DNA of 64,000 nt from Rhina ancylostomus (Eukaryota). Below the pieces are notes generated by a model. It was not told where the DNA came from, did not search any database, and worked only from the letters and a program-made list of their open reading frames with translations. The position numbers and the translations under genes are program-made. Shown piece after piece: positions 51,207 to 63,829 of the stretch (position 1 is the stretch's first letter; each line of letters begins with the position of its first letter). The stretch lies in contig JARFYF010000118.1 of NCBI GenBank assembly GCA_030265395.1, positions 24,765,277 to 24,829,276 of the forward strand. The letters run 5' to 3'.

Positions 51207-51399
51207 CTGTCAACGTGGGCAGAGAAATAATGACATTTTAATGAGAGCTAAAGAATGAGTAGAATAGAAAGAAATTTCTTGGCAGAGGGGCCAAGATCTT
51301 AAAAGTCCCACATGGAGGTGGAAATAAAAATAGGAACTATTAATAAGCGTAGAGATCAGTGTAGTTGAAATATTATCTTTGCTTGACAGAACATGATGT

Positions 51400-53490
51400 G
51401 GAACAAAGGTCATTTTGCTTTGAGCTAAGAAATAATAAAGGACAGAAAATATTGGTGGGAATTATTTGTAGGCCACAAAATAGTAGTTGTAGCATTGGGT
51501 GTAACATAAATCAGTAACCATGAGAGACCTTAACCTGCATTGAGACTGAATGAATCAAAAGAAAGATGAATTCCTGGAATGTCCATGAGATGGTTTTTCT
51601 ACATAAAAAATGTAGAGAAACCAGCTAGGAAGAGTAATTTTAGATCTTGGTATGTGCAATGAGAAGTGATTAATTGATAATCTTGTCAAGGGGATTTTGG
51701 CAGAGAGTGATCATAATATGACAGAATTTGACACTGAGTTTGAAAGTGCTATGGTTCAATCTAAAACCAGGGTCTTAAATCTAAATGAAGGAAACCATGA
51801 ATATATGAGAGGAGAATTGGCCACGGTTGATTGGGAGAACACTATGATGATGGTCAGGCAACAGTTAACATTTAAAGAAATAATGAACAAGTTGTAAAAG
51901 AAATTTTGTCAAAGCACAAACATCCACAAGACAAATTATGAGAAATTGGCTGATGAGAGAAATTAAAGATAACATTAAATCCAAGGAAGAGGCCTATAAA
52001 GCTGCTAGGAAAAGCAATAGGCCTGAAAATTGGGAGCATTTTAGAACTCTGTGGAGAGGAACCAAGAAATTGATAAAGGCAGANNNNNNNTAGAATATGA
52101 GAATGAACTGATAAGAAACAAAAAAAATGTGACAGCTTTTACAGATACACAAAGAGGAAAAGATCAGTGAGGGAAAGTGTGAGCCACTTACCCACAAACA
52201 AGAAATTTATAATGGGGAGTAAGAAAATGACAGAGGAATTAAACAATTACTTAGCATCTGTCCTTGCAGAAGACACAAAAAACTTTCCAGATAAATCAGA
52301 GAATCGAGGATTTAGCGAGAATGAGGAAATGAAGGAATTAAATCTTTGTCAAAAAGCAGGTCCAGGGAAGTTAGTGTGCTTGAAAGCTGATAAATTCCTG
52401 GGACCTGATGAGTTGTTTCCCCAGAGTTTTGGCTTCAGAACTAATGGATGCTTTGTATCACATTCCAAAACTCTATAGATCCTGGAGTTGTTCCAGTTGG
52501 TTGATGGGTAACAAACTGATCCTGTTACATAAAAAGGGAGGTTTGTCTGTAATGGAAGATGTAATAACATAACACCTTGAAAAGAATAATAGGATTGAGC
52601 AGGGCCAGCATGGATTTACAAGAGAAAAATCAGGTTTGACTAATCCACTGGAATTCTTTGATGATGTGACTGGTAGAATAGATAAAGGAAAATCGGCAGA
52701 AATGGTGTATTTGGATCTTTGGAAAGTATTCACAAAAGTCGTGCCCAGAAGATTGATCACTAAGGTTAGAGCACATGGAACTAGAAGTAATGTATTGGCA
52801 GAGACTGAGAATTAGTTATCAGACCAAAAGCAAAGAGTGAGAGTAAACAGATCATTCTCAAGTTGGCAGGCTGTGACTAATGGGATACTGTAGGGATTGA
52901 TGCCCGAGCCCCAGCTTTTTACATCAACAACTTGGCAGAAATGACTGAACGTCATACTTCCAGGTTTGCTGATAATTCTAAACTAGGTGGGATTGTGAGA
53001 ACAAAAGGAGGATGATGTAAAAGAGGTTTGAAGGAGATCTTGACAAGTGGATTGACTGGGTGACAACTTGCCGATGGAATAAATAGTGTAAAATTGTGAA
53101 GTTATCCACTTTGGTTCACGTAATAGAAATGCAGAGTACTTGTTAAATAGTGAGAGACTGGGTAGTATTGATTCTCAAAAGGACTTAAGTACATTTGCAC
53201 ACAAATCAATGAAGGCCAACATGTAGGTACAGCAAGTGATCTCATCACAACTTTAAAAAGCTCTGAAAGTTTAGACAGGTTAGATGCAAGAAAAATGTTT
53301 CCTCTGGCTCAAGTGGCCACAGTTTGAGAATAAGATATTTAGGACTGAAATAAGAGATTTCTTCACTCACAGGGTGGTGAATCTTAAGAATTCTCTATTC
53401 CTAAGGCTGTGGAGGCTGTCATTGTATTTATTCAAAGCAGAGATCAATAGCTTTCTGGAAATTAAGGAAATCTAGGGGTTATGGAGATAG
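51400..53490 (+). mobile_element. CR1 LINE ORF2 remnant of about 2 kb (endonuclease end, RT, 3' end)
   Basis: Fragments SDHNMTEF, GPDE, QHGF, VYLDL.KVF.KVP, FADNSKLGG, FFTHRVVNL, with many stops. Confidence 0.9.
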
Positions 53491-53499
53491 TCCTAGATT

Positions 53500-54200
53500 G
53501 GTGAGGGAGTGAGTCAGGTTGTTGGACTTGGTGATGGGTAACAGCAATTTAGAGTCTTATTATTGCTGTTCAGGATTGGCTGTGGTTATCAGTGCACTGG
53601 GGTCATGTAATCACCAGTTGAGGTNNNNNNNNNNNNNNNNNNNNNNNNNNNNNNNNNNNNNNNNNNNNNNNNNNNNNNNNNNNNNNNNNNNNNNNNNNNN
53701 NNNNNNNNNNNNNNNNNNNNNNNNAATCACCAGTTGAGGTTGGATATGCATTATTGGTAAGTCAGGGCCCTGCCCTTGTCAGGGTAGTTGGTGGGGAAGG
53801 TTAGAGTCAGGGTCTTGTGATCACCGGTCAGGGTTGGTGATGGGCATCAATGAGTCAGGGTCGGGTGTGAGGCAGTGAGTCAGGATCATGTGATAACTGG
53901 TCAGGGTTGTGGGGTTGGGGGTGTGGGTAAAATTGGCGAGACCAGGTCCAATAATCACTGGTCAGGATCATGGATCAGTGGATTGTGACCCACAGTTAGC
54001 TGCATGGATTAGGCAGCAGTAGGTTGTGGGTATGTGACTGAAGATCTAGAGGGGATCAGTCAGTGGGTGAATGGGTTCCTGTCAGTTGAGCAGTGGGTGG
54101 AAGAGGCAGAACAAGATGCTCAATGATGCATACGTGAGTGGGAGGGTGGAGTTGTGTGGCTGGGGTTCAGTACCAAGGCAAGGGTTAGGTAAGCAAAAGG
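53500..54200 (+). repeat. G/T-rich degenerate tandem repeat
   Basis: Recurring gtcagggt / gtgatcac(c/t)ggtcagg units around an N gap. Confidence 0.5.
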
Positions 54201-55389
54201 ATGTCTTCTGGATTTGGGTTTCCAACAGCAGACTGGGACCTGCTCACAGATGGCACCTTTAATTGTACCCTTATTAAGCACAGTACTATGAAATCATGTT
54301 TATGAGTGCCCAATGACACATGTGCTGTGGGACATGCCTGATTTTCCCCTGACGATGCTTTAAGTGTGCATTACACCAGGAATAACAGTGTACGTCCAAT
54401 GAAGAATATGGCTCATCTGCACAAGCTTGATTTGCAATGGTAGAACATGGTCAAATTTCCAGAGGCAGATTCAATTAGGAAACCAGCTGTTGTGTTTCAT
54501 TTCAGAAAGCCAATTATCATCCATGTAAAGACTATTCAAACTGTTAAATGCAACATAGTTCTGTAAAAACTATCACATTTAAGTACATTTAAAAGCAAGT
54601 AAATTCATTCAAGTAATTTAAAAAAATCTAAATTATCTACTACTTAGTTGATTGCAGTTGTTGCCTTCTATTGAAATTAATGGGAGCTGTGTTGCAGTGT
54701 CGGGATTCCAGACAAGAATCCTGTGTCGACTGTGGCACAGGATTCTCATGTGGATTCCCCACTGTGAGTGGTAGAAAACTCCCTCACCGGATGTCATAAG
54801 GCATCAACCATGGAGCACAATTGGGAAAACCAACAGAAATAGCAGGCAACAGCTTCAGGAACACCACATGTCTATGTGTGTGGAAACATAGAGGTTGTCC
54901 TCGTTACGATGAGTAATGTAGACAAATGCCATCATGTTTGCTGAGACTTCCCTACAATATCCAGGCTGTAGTAATCACAATGTGCAGATCCATTGCAGCT
55001 GAATGTATTCGGCTTGTGACAGTGTATTTGTCACAGGAGCAGTGGTTGGATAAGGATTACAGTGATAGGATACAGGACAGACGAAAGGCCTTGGGCCACA
55101 ACCATGTAACACGAGTACCTGCTTCAATTTTACCGAATTTGAACAACACTGACAGTAGAGTATGAGAACAATAAATCAGTTTGCAAAAATAAACATGTAC
55201 CTGCTAAAACTAGAATTTACTTCCAAAGCTTGATCCCTTGCTACTGGACCTTGTATGTATAAAGGGGCTCCCACACTATAAAACCATCATCTGAGCCAGG
55301 CCATAACACCCCACAACTACATGAGCTGACTAGCCCTTCATGCAGTGTTATAATAAATGATCAAATTTCTGAAGTGAATGCTGACTTAC

Positions 55390-55782
55390 CTTATTGACAG
55401 TGCTTTCAGGGTCGGTGATACCAAATGGTCTGTTCATAGCTTCCTCCAGCTCCTCAGGGCAAATGCCTATGCTGTATCTTCCTTCATTCATCCTGCACTG
55501 GAATGGCTTTGAGCTTGGAGTTCTGGGACTTTCATCATTTATTATGTTGTTTGATTGGCCAGTTTTGACCTTTGACACCACTGATGCACATTGGGAATTA
55601 CTTTTGTCAACAGGAATCTCAAAGCAAGCCTTCAGCATCCTTATGTCGATGTTAATGTTCTTAATTTGAGACAGGTTACCCATTGAATTACACCTCCTTG
55701 GAGGGAAGTTTGGTGTCTGAATCACCTTCATCTCAAATATCCTTTTCAAAGACTCCAGCTTGTTCTTGGATGGAGACGACAT
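55390..55782 (-). CDS. XIRP1: XIRP1 long-isoform upstream coding exon (393 nt, phase 0 to 0)
   Basis: Acceptor gttttttctaag|ATGTCG and consensus donor AAG|gtaagt. Holds 131 open codons with LESLKRIFE and IRMLKACFE motifs. Confidence 0.72.
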
Positions 55783-56604
55783 CTTAGAAAAAACAGTTCT
55801 TTTAATGCCATCTAAAAAGGTCACTTTTAATGCAATTAACTTTTTAATAAAATTAACACAACCGATCTTCTCCCTTTTTTTTGACATTCAGGGATACAGT
55901 AATCAGGAGACCACTCCAGAGGCCATATATCACATCTGAACCATGTCAATCAATGTTGGAATGCTATTTGAATATTGGGCCTTCACAATCCAAGGTGGCC
56001 AAGTATATTAGACTATCAACAATTGTCAATGTTTCCTTGTTCCCTAAGGCATTTGTTAACTTTTGTTTGGCTGGAGATAGTCCCCAGAAGCATGACATGA
56101 AGAATGGCAGAAACTAATATTGCAGTAAAGATGCCCCATTCACAAATCACCCCTAAAACCATATGTGACATGATCACAGTTTTGTTAGCTCTCAAGGTTA
56201 TGAAGATTTTAACTGTTATTGAATCTCTGACATTCAAAGACACTTAAAAACTTTTTGAAATGAAGTAAACAATTACAAAATTAACATTTAAAATTATATG
56301 TTAAGGATAAAAATAGCTTTCAAAAGATTAAAACATTTGTAAATAATTAAAAATGGAATTAAACCAAAATACTTTTATTTAACAATGAACTTCCCCTTTA
56401 CTCTCTTATGCACAGCCCTTCACTACCCAATAAAATATAAGTGATTGTGGATTCTGCACTAGGTCTAACCTGGAGCAGATTCTGAGTGCCAATTTCCCAT
56501 CATTGATGCTGGGGAATTTTAACTGGACCAGCAGTGGAGCAGGTAATAGGTTTGGTAATTCAAAACTGCTGTAGGTTTGGGATTTCCACCTCTCCATTTC
56601 AACT

Positions 56605-56980
56605 TGTAAATTAGTAAATTGGTTTATTATTGTCACATGTACTGAGGTACAGTGAAGAACTTGTTTTGCATACTGTTCATACAGATCATTTCATTACACA
56701 GTACATTGAGGTAGTACAGGGTAAAACAATAACAGAATACAGAATAAAGTGTTACAGCAACAGAGAAAGTGCAATGCAGGTAGACAATAAGGTGCAAGGT
56801 CATAACGAGGTAGATTGTGCAATCAAGAGTCCATCTTATCAAACTAGGGAACCGTTCAATTGTCTTATAACAGCAGGATAGAAGCTGTCCTTGAGCCTGG
56901 TGGTACGTGCTTTCAGGCTTTTGTATCTCCTGCCTGATGGGACAGGGAGGAGAGAGAATGTCCGGGGTGGGTGGGGTCTT
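56605..56980 (-). mobile_element. LINE 3' end (Rex/Babar-like)
   Basis: ggtttattattgtcacatgtac...gaagctgtccttgagcctggtggtacg; the same family recurs at 58104-58240 and 950-1040. Confidence 0.75.
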
Positions 56981-57494
56981 TAATGGAGAACTAAATTATA
57001 CATCTTCCCAACCTTTTCCACCTCCTGGGTTAATAAGTTAAAGCACCTTCACCTTTACTAATCTGGAATTACCTCTGTCACTGTCCCTGGGCCCATCAAA
57101 ATTCCTTTGGTTGTCCAGGACAGCACAAAGATGGGGTAGTGATGAGCGACAAAGGGTTAAAGCAACCAAAATTCCTTGAGAGGCCACCAAGTGTTTGACC
57201 TAATTCTGCCAGCCTTGAAATTTAAAAAAAACAATCTAATATGCTTGAAACTCACAAATGGACTCTATATTACCCGAGGCCAATTTTCAAACTGGTGATC
57301 TGTGGAGTGAAAACATCTTCCTCTCCGATTCTCATTGCTGGGTCAGGGACTATTAACTGGGTCAAGGCGCAGCGAGTCCAAGGGAATGTGCTGTCGAGCA
57401 GTCAGTTCACCAATACTTCCCATGGGAGGACCAACCTACACACTGGTAGCTCATTCCCTGTCTCCACAATTCAGGGGAAGTCCCATCGACTTTG

Positions 57495-57787
57495 GACAGC
57501 ACAGTGGCACAGTCAGCAGAGCTGCTGCCTCACAGCCTCGGTGAGCCAGGTTCAATCCCGGCCTCTGGTGCTGTCTGTGTGGAGTCTGTACGTTCTCTCT
57601 GTGACCAATTAAGTTTCCCAGGTGCTCTGGTTTCCTCCCACATCCCTAAAGATAGGTACTTGGATGGGAGGGGTTTGGAGGGATATGGTCCAGGTGCAGG
57701 TAGATTGGACTAGGCAGAAGATCAGGTCAGCATGGACTAGATGGGCCAAAGGGCCTGTTTCTGTGCTGTAGTACTCTACGACTCTAA
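57495..57787 (+). mobile_element. tRNA-derived SINE with CR1-derived tail
   Basis: Head cagtggcacag...gagctgctgcctcacag...ggttcaatccc and tail gggcctgtttctgtgctgtag.actctacgactcta. Confidence 0.8.
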
Positions 57788-57824
57788 AAGACATGCAGGT
57801 TTGTGAGCCACTGTAAATTACAAG

Positions 57825-58240
57825 AAGGCTACAGATGTGAGGTAGATCGGCTGGCTAAGCGGTGTTGCAACAACAACCTCGCACTCAACGTCAGCAAGAA
57901 CAAGGAATTGATTATGGACTTCAAGTAGGGGAAGTTGGGAGAACACACACCAGTCCTCATTGAGGGGTCAGCAGTGGAAAGGGTGAGCAGCTTCAAGTTC
58001 CTGNNNNNNNNNNNNNNNNNNNNNNNNNNNNNNNNNNNNNNNNNNNNNNNNNNNNNNNNNNNNNNNNNNNNNNNNNNNNNNNNNNNNNNNNNNNNNNNNN
58101 NNNACTGTCCTTGAGCCTGGTGGTACGTACTTTCAGGCTTTTGTGTCATCTGCCCGATGAGAGGGAAGAAGAGAGAATGTCTGAGGTGGGGGGTCTTGTT
58201 TATGCTACCTGCTTTAGCAAGGCAGTGAGAAGTATAGACA
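57825..58240. mobile_element. LINE RT C-terminal fragment (+) and 3' segment (-), separated by a gap
   Basis: The + frame reads YRCEVDRLAKRCCNNNLALNVSKNKELIMDF. Sequence after the gap matches 56885-56980. Confidence 0.7.
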
Positions 58241-58822
58241 GCTTGGACCTACAGTATTTGGCACTTACCATTAAGGTCAGGGCCATTTCATTATCAGCAG
58301 TTAATTACAATGTGCATTTTGTAAAGGCATTGACCTCATTTGTCAAGAAGGTCCATAACTGTGTCTTAAGCCAGATATTTATGTGGCTTAGATATATTAT
58401 GTGCAGACATCTTAAGAATACCTATGTAACCAGAATATAGGAGCAGAAAATGGAAATGATAGAACAGAGAACATAGAAAAACTATAGCACAATTCAGGCC
58501 CTTCAGCCCACAAAGCTGTGCCAAACATGTCCCTACTCTAGAAATTACAAGGCTTACCCATAGCCCTTTATCTTACTCAGCATAGAAGAACAACTCAACA
58601 TAGAAGGACAAATATTGACAAAGATCAAATATTGTTTTCAAGAAGACAACAGCCAAGGGTCTCAGACCTGAAATGTTAACTCTTTTTCACTTTCTGTAGT
58701 TGCTGCCTGACCCACTGAGTTTTTCCAGCAGTTTCTATTTTTAGTTCAATAGCCATTAACGTATTCCATGTCAGATAATGCAATGCTTTTTCTGATGTGT
58801 AAGCCCTAGAATCATTACTCAC

Positions 58823-58861
58823 CTCTTGTCTTTCCTCTGATTCTTGGCTTCTTAGATTCAT
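58823..58861 (-). CDS. XIRP1: Candidate first coding exon of the XIRP1 long isoform (MNLRSQESEERQE)
   Basis: Consensus donor GAG|gtgagt in phase 0, in frame with 55782. There is a possible acceptor ttctcacag| at 58874 and a TATAA-like motif at about 58915. Confidence 0.45.
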
Positions 58862-59109
58862 TTCATTTTGATATCTGTGAGAACAAGCCAAGCACAGATC
58901 AGCTGCAATCGGTTATAACCAGAGAGAGGATCCCACAATCAAGTGTCTCCTACAAGGAGTTGCACACTTCCTGTCACGAGGCATGAGGGATCTCCTTCCA
59001 ATTTCTTATCCCACAATAAGGGATGCTACAGTCTTCACTTCACCTAATCTTCACACAAATCAGGAAGCAAACGGAACTGGCTTTGAACCTGGTGCTGTCT
59101 CTGCAGCAT

Positions 59110-60090
59110 GGTTCTCAGTGGGTTGCAGACAAGTGTGGATAGTCATCTAATGTGACAGGGTGATATTGGTGTGTTGGTGAAGTGGAATGAGGAATGGAAG
59201 ATGGACTTTAATCCTGATAAATGTGAGGTGATACATTCTGGGTGTACCTATAAGGAAAGGACGCACACCATGACTGGTAAGGTCCTAGGTAGTATTGAGG
59301 AACAGAGGGACCTTGGTGTACCAGTCCAAAAATTCTTGTAAGTGGCAGAGAGAAGGCATATGGAATACTGGCCTTCATCTATCAGGGCATTGAACTCAAG
59401 AGCAGGGAGGATATGCTCCAATTTTATAAAACATTGGTCAGACCACAGCTGGAGTACTGCACGCATTTCTGGTCACCACACTATAGGAAGGATGTAATAA
59501 TGCTGGATACGGTGCTGAGGAGATTCACCAGGATATTGCCTGGGATGGAGCATTTTAGTTATGAGGAGACACTGGAGAGGTTAGGTCTGTTTTCCCTGAA
59601 CCAGAGGAGATTAAGATGGGACATAATTAAGGTATGTAAAATTATGAGGGGTATTGATAGCTAGACTGTAGGAATCTTTTCCCCCTATCAGAAGTGAATA
59701 AAACTAGAAGACATAGATTTAGGGTAATGGGTAAGATATTTAGAGGGCTTCTGAGGAAGACCTCTTTCACCCAGAGAGTGGTGAGTACCTGGAATGTACT
59801 ACCAGAGAGCGTAGTGGAAGCAGAGTCCCAGACTGGATATAAGAAGAGTTTAGATGAACACTTGAATTGCCTAGACATTGAAGGCTCTGGGCCAGGTGCC
59901 AAAAGATGAGATTAATACAGGTGGGTACACAGAATCCTGAAACATCAGCAATGCCTTTCCGCACAGATGCCACAGGACCCACTGAGTTCCTCCAGCAGAT
60001 TGTTTATTAATACAGATTGGTGCCCACTGGTCAATGCTGAAGTGATAGGCTGAATAGCCTGTTTCTATGCTGTATTACTCTATGACTCTA
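59110..60090 (+). mobile_element. CR1 LINE 3' fragment of about 1 kb, with a small Penelope-type insert at about 59930-60005
   Basis: Encodes MLQFYKTLVRPQLEYCTHFWSPHYRKD...LERLGLFSL and ends ctctatgactcta. Confidence 0.92.
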
Positions 60091-60459
60091 TTGGGTACTC
60101 TCAGGGAAAAAGACGATCTATCCTATCTATGCCACTCATAATTTATAAACTTCTATAAGGTAACCCCATACCTCCTACATTCCAGTGAGAATAAACCCAG
60201 CCTATTCAATCTCCCTGCCCTTCATTCCAGGCAACGTCTTAGTAAATCACTTCTGCATTATTTCTAAATGCAGACTGATCATTGTTTTGTAAAGCTCAAA
60301 CATGTTATCCCAACATCTATACTCTCGTGCAGGAGAATCTCAAATCTCATATGTATACTGAGTTACTTCTAACAGGGGTAATGTAAGGTAGGAATTGTGC
60401 CTGGGAGTACCTTCATCACATAGATTGCAGCAGCTTGAGAAGGTAGCTAACTTCACCTT

Positions 60460-61335
60460 CTTTAGGTTCTTCTTCTCAGGCAGTCCCTCAGGATCAAGGA
60501 TGACTTGCTTCTACTCAGATTTGTGTGTCAGAGGTGCTGATGAGGCCGATATGGGAACTGCAGACTCTTCCACAGATGGGGCAGGAGTTAGCTAATGCAG
60601 TGGGTGGATGGAGAATTTGTGAGGTATTGCATTCCTTCCGCAGTTTATGCTCCCAGTGGAATTGAGATTCTCAGAGCCGTCCCAAATGCTCCGTCTCCAA
60701 TTTGAGTTGCCATGACCCAGGGATTCCTAAGGCTCAGTGGGGACATTTAATTTCATTAAGGAACACATTTTTGAATCTTCTCCTCTACTTACTTGGAAAT
60801 CTCTTCCTCCTTCAGAATTTGGAATAAAGTCTTGGTTTTGGGAGTGTGACATCAGGCATGTGAACAATGGGGTCCACTAGAGCTGATCAAGTGTAATAAA
60901 GACCTCAGTGCTGGGGATGTTGGCCTGGGAAAGAATACTGATATTAGCTTGCTTGTCGTGCCAGTGAATTCAGAGGATTTTATGGAGGCAGCTTCAGTAG
61001 AGTCATCTCAGTAGTGTGGTACCTGCATTAGGTAGTCCAAGTCTTAGAAATATATATAAGAGCAAGGATTACTGCTGACTGGTAGACTATGAGCTTTGAG
61101 CCAAGTATGAGATCTTGATCTTCAAACACCCTTTTCGCCAATTGATCAAAGGTTGTCCTAGGACATTGAAGGCACTGGAGAACTTTATCATTGATGTCTG
61201 CCTTCGTCAAGAGGTGCCCCATGGGATATGAGACATGGACCATGCTTTTCAGGGTCTCACCTGAACCTCTATTGTCAAAGGCTGATGTTGTACAGTTGAG
61301 GCAGGTTGGCAGAGAACCTTGGTGACAGAATAACN
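60460..61335 (-). mobile_element. RTE-clade LINE fragment
   Basis: Reverse frame reads ADINDKVLQCLQC...F.QLAKRVFEDQD....KLIVYQSAVILALIY.SKTWT. Confidence 0.75.
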
Positions 61336-61419
61336 NNNNNNNNNNNNNNNNNNNNNNNNNNNNNNNNNNNNNNNNNNNNNNNNNNNNNNNNNNNNNNNNN
61401 NNNNNNNNNNNNNNNNNNG

Positions 61420-61820
61420 ATTGAATAGAGCAGACACCTCTGTTCTTTGTTGATTAGAAGACTGAGAGGTGATCTTATGGAAAGGTACAAAATTTTCAGT
61501 AGGATTAACAGTGTGGATGTGAACAGGATGATTTCCCTGGCTGCAGAGTTAATAACCAAGGGTTACATTCTCAGAATAAGGTATAGTTCTATTAGGAATA
61601 ATAAATTTCTTCATACAGTGGGTGGTGAATTTTTGAAATCCTCTAGCCTGGAGATCGATGGAGGCTCGGTCGTTGAGTTCATTCAAAACAGAGATCTGTA
61701 CATTTATGGATATTAAGGGAATGAAGTGATAAGTGGTGGTGAATGAGTTGCTCAGTCATAATCTTGAATGGAAGAGTAGGCTTGAAGAGCCAAATGGCTT
61801 ACTGCTGCTCTTATTCTTCT
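61420..61820 (+). mobile_element. CR1 3' end
   Basis: Encodes RRLRGDLMERYKIFSRI, followed by a 3' UTR ending gaagagccaaatggcttactgctgctc. Confidence 0.75.
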
Positions 61821-62799
61821 ATTTTGATATTCTAACTCTTAATGGGTTGAATCACACCGATGGCTAGCTGATGGGTCCATAGTGAACCATTAGGTGCCTG
61901 TAGTGTGGCAGAGGTTCCAGGCTTCCACACCCATAGACAGAAGCATACACATCTGACCTCTTGCTCTGCCTCTGGAGCTACCACTAAGACTTGGGGCTTT
62001 CCATAAGTTCTGAGCTGAGGGGCTGGATACAATTTGTAAGGCAAGGTAAATGTATTGTTTATTTTTTTTATTTCAAAGCATATTTGTGGTTTTAATTAAT
62101 TAATAGCTATTTCATGTGCTTGAATTAAATGTATCAATTTTTTATAAATAAATTGTTTATGGTTTTTAATTTTTTGAGTTATTTGATCTGTTTCCAAATG
62201 TTTAGGATCATCAGGCTGTNNNNNNNNNNNNNNNNNNNNNNNNNNNNNNNNNNNNNNNNNNNNNNNNNNNNNNNNNNNNNNNNNNNNNNNNNNNNNNNNN
62301 NNNNNNNNNNNNNNNNNNNTTAGGATCATCAGGCTGTTTACAGGCAACGTCTTACTTCCTGCAAGCTGTGGTCTAGTCACCATCTGCGACCTGCTGTGTT
62401 ATACACAGCAGTGGCAAAGTTGCCAGGATCCTAAGAACTGTGAGCAGTGACCATAAGACACAGCCTGAGATCGGTGCATTCCGACCTGTTGTCACCAGCA
62501 TTTTCCAAAGAAAGAGGGAGGAAGAAATTCCAGAGTGTGATGGGTTCCTGTGTATTTCAAAATAAAAATCACCGCAATGTAATCTCTCCCTCTGCTGGTG
62601 GCTATGAGAAAATAAAATGCATGGCAAGTCTGCAATTGTACCAGCTTTTCCATTAGCAGCTACTGATGTAATACATTGCTGATATTCCATGAATGGGTGT
62701 GCCACTAACCATGAAGACAAAGTGTAAGAGGACAGGAACACAGCCAATATTTGTAATAGGAATATTGCAATCAAGAGGTATAATGTAATGTACCACCTT

Positions 62800-63525
62800 T
62801 GGGGCCACAGTGGAGCAGCTGCTGAGCTGCTGCCTCACAGTGCCAGAGACTGTGTGTTCAATCCCAGCCTCCGCTGCTGTCTACGTGGAGCTTACATGTG
62901 CTCACTGTGACCACATGTGGGTTTCCTCTGGGTGCTTCTGTTCCTCCCACGTCCCAAAGAAACATGGTAGTGTAGCGGCTAGCTACACTGAATAAAGACA
63001 CGAGACACTTGTTTGGAGTCCNNNNNNNNNNNNNNNNNNNNNNNNNNNNNNNNNNNNNNNNNNNNNNNNNNNNNNNNNNNNNNNNNNNNNNNNNNNNNNN
63101 NNNNNNNNNNNNNNNNNNNNNACTGAATAAAGACACGAGACACTTGTTTGGAGTCCAAGAGTCGAATGAACGACTGGGGTGCGCTGCCCCTTTAATAAGC
63201 ACAGTTCCCACGCTGACGTCACGCGCAGGTCACGTGACCTTCCCGCACGCGGGCTCCACTAGCCCAACAAAGAAGGAGTGCCCCGCACCATCTTGTGTCG
63301 GGGCCTCTGACGACACTCGTGATCCTGGGAGTCGGTTCGTGAAAGGTAAGTCGCCACAGCAGTCTAATTGGCCAATGTAAATTGCCTCTAGTGTGTAGGT
63401 GAATGGTAGAATCTGGGAGAGTTGATGAGATTGTGGGAGGAATTGGGATTAATGTAGGGATAGTATAAATCGGTGGGTTGAAAGGCCTGCTTCTGTGTTA
63501 TATTTCTCTATGATTTTATAACTAT
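62800..63525 (+). mobile_element. V-type SINE split by an LTR insertion
   Basis: The head and core (62800-62970) resume at 63359 (taattggcc..tgtaaattgcc...) and end with a CR1-type tail. Confidence 0.75.
62971..63358. mobile_element. Solo LTR (Gypsy-like)
   Basis: TG...CA termini with imperfect inverted ends (TGTAGCGGC / GTCGCCACA) and flanking 4-mers gtag/gcag (TSD with one mismatch). CpG-rich. Confidence 0.7.
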
Positions 63526-63829
63526 GACAGAGGGGGTAAGGCTCAGGTTGCTTAGCCCTGCTGTTGATAAAGTTATCTGTATGATAGGTCAATGAGGGAA
63601 GTTAGAAAGAAAGAACACAGAGAAAGAAATGTAAAACCTGTGAAATGCATAGCTGTAGGAAAAACCAAACAGGTCAGGTCATGCCAGTGGATAGAAAAAA
63701 GATGAACCAATATTATAGATGGATGAGCCACTGCAGAACTAGCCAGTATCAGAATTGTCCTCACCAGATTGATTCTCAGATGGCAGGTTTGTAGTACAAG
63801 GAGAGATGAAGCATATTGGGACAATATGC

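Noticed and set aside
54715-54746. Hairpin AGAATCCTGTG...CACAGGATTCT
   Set aside because: An isolated 11-bp stem, too short for a pre-miRNA, with no other support.
55783-55887. N-terminal extension of the 179-aa ORF, and its tail at 55348-55389
   Set aside because: Intronic read-through outside the AG/GT boundaries.
57825-58240. Apparent internal inversion of a LINE
   Set aside because: The orientation switch falls in an N gap and cannot be told apart from a scaffolding error or two separate insertions.
36071-63156. Direct repeats flanking 100-N gaps (about 36079, 53625, 62220, 63022)
   Set aside because: Identical sequence on both sides of a fixed-size gap indicates unmerged contig overlaps, not biological repeats or CRISPR-like arrays.
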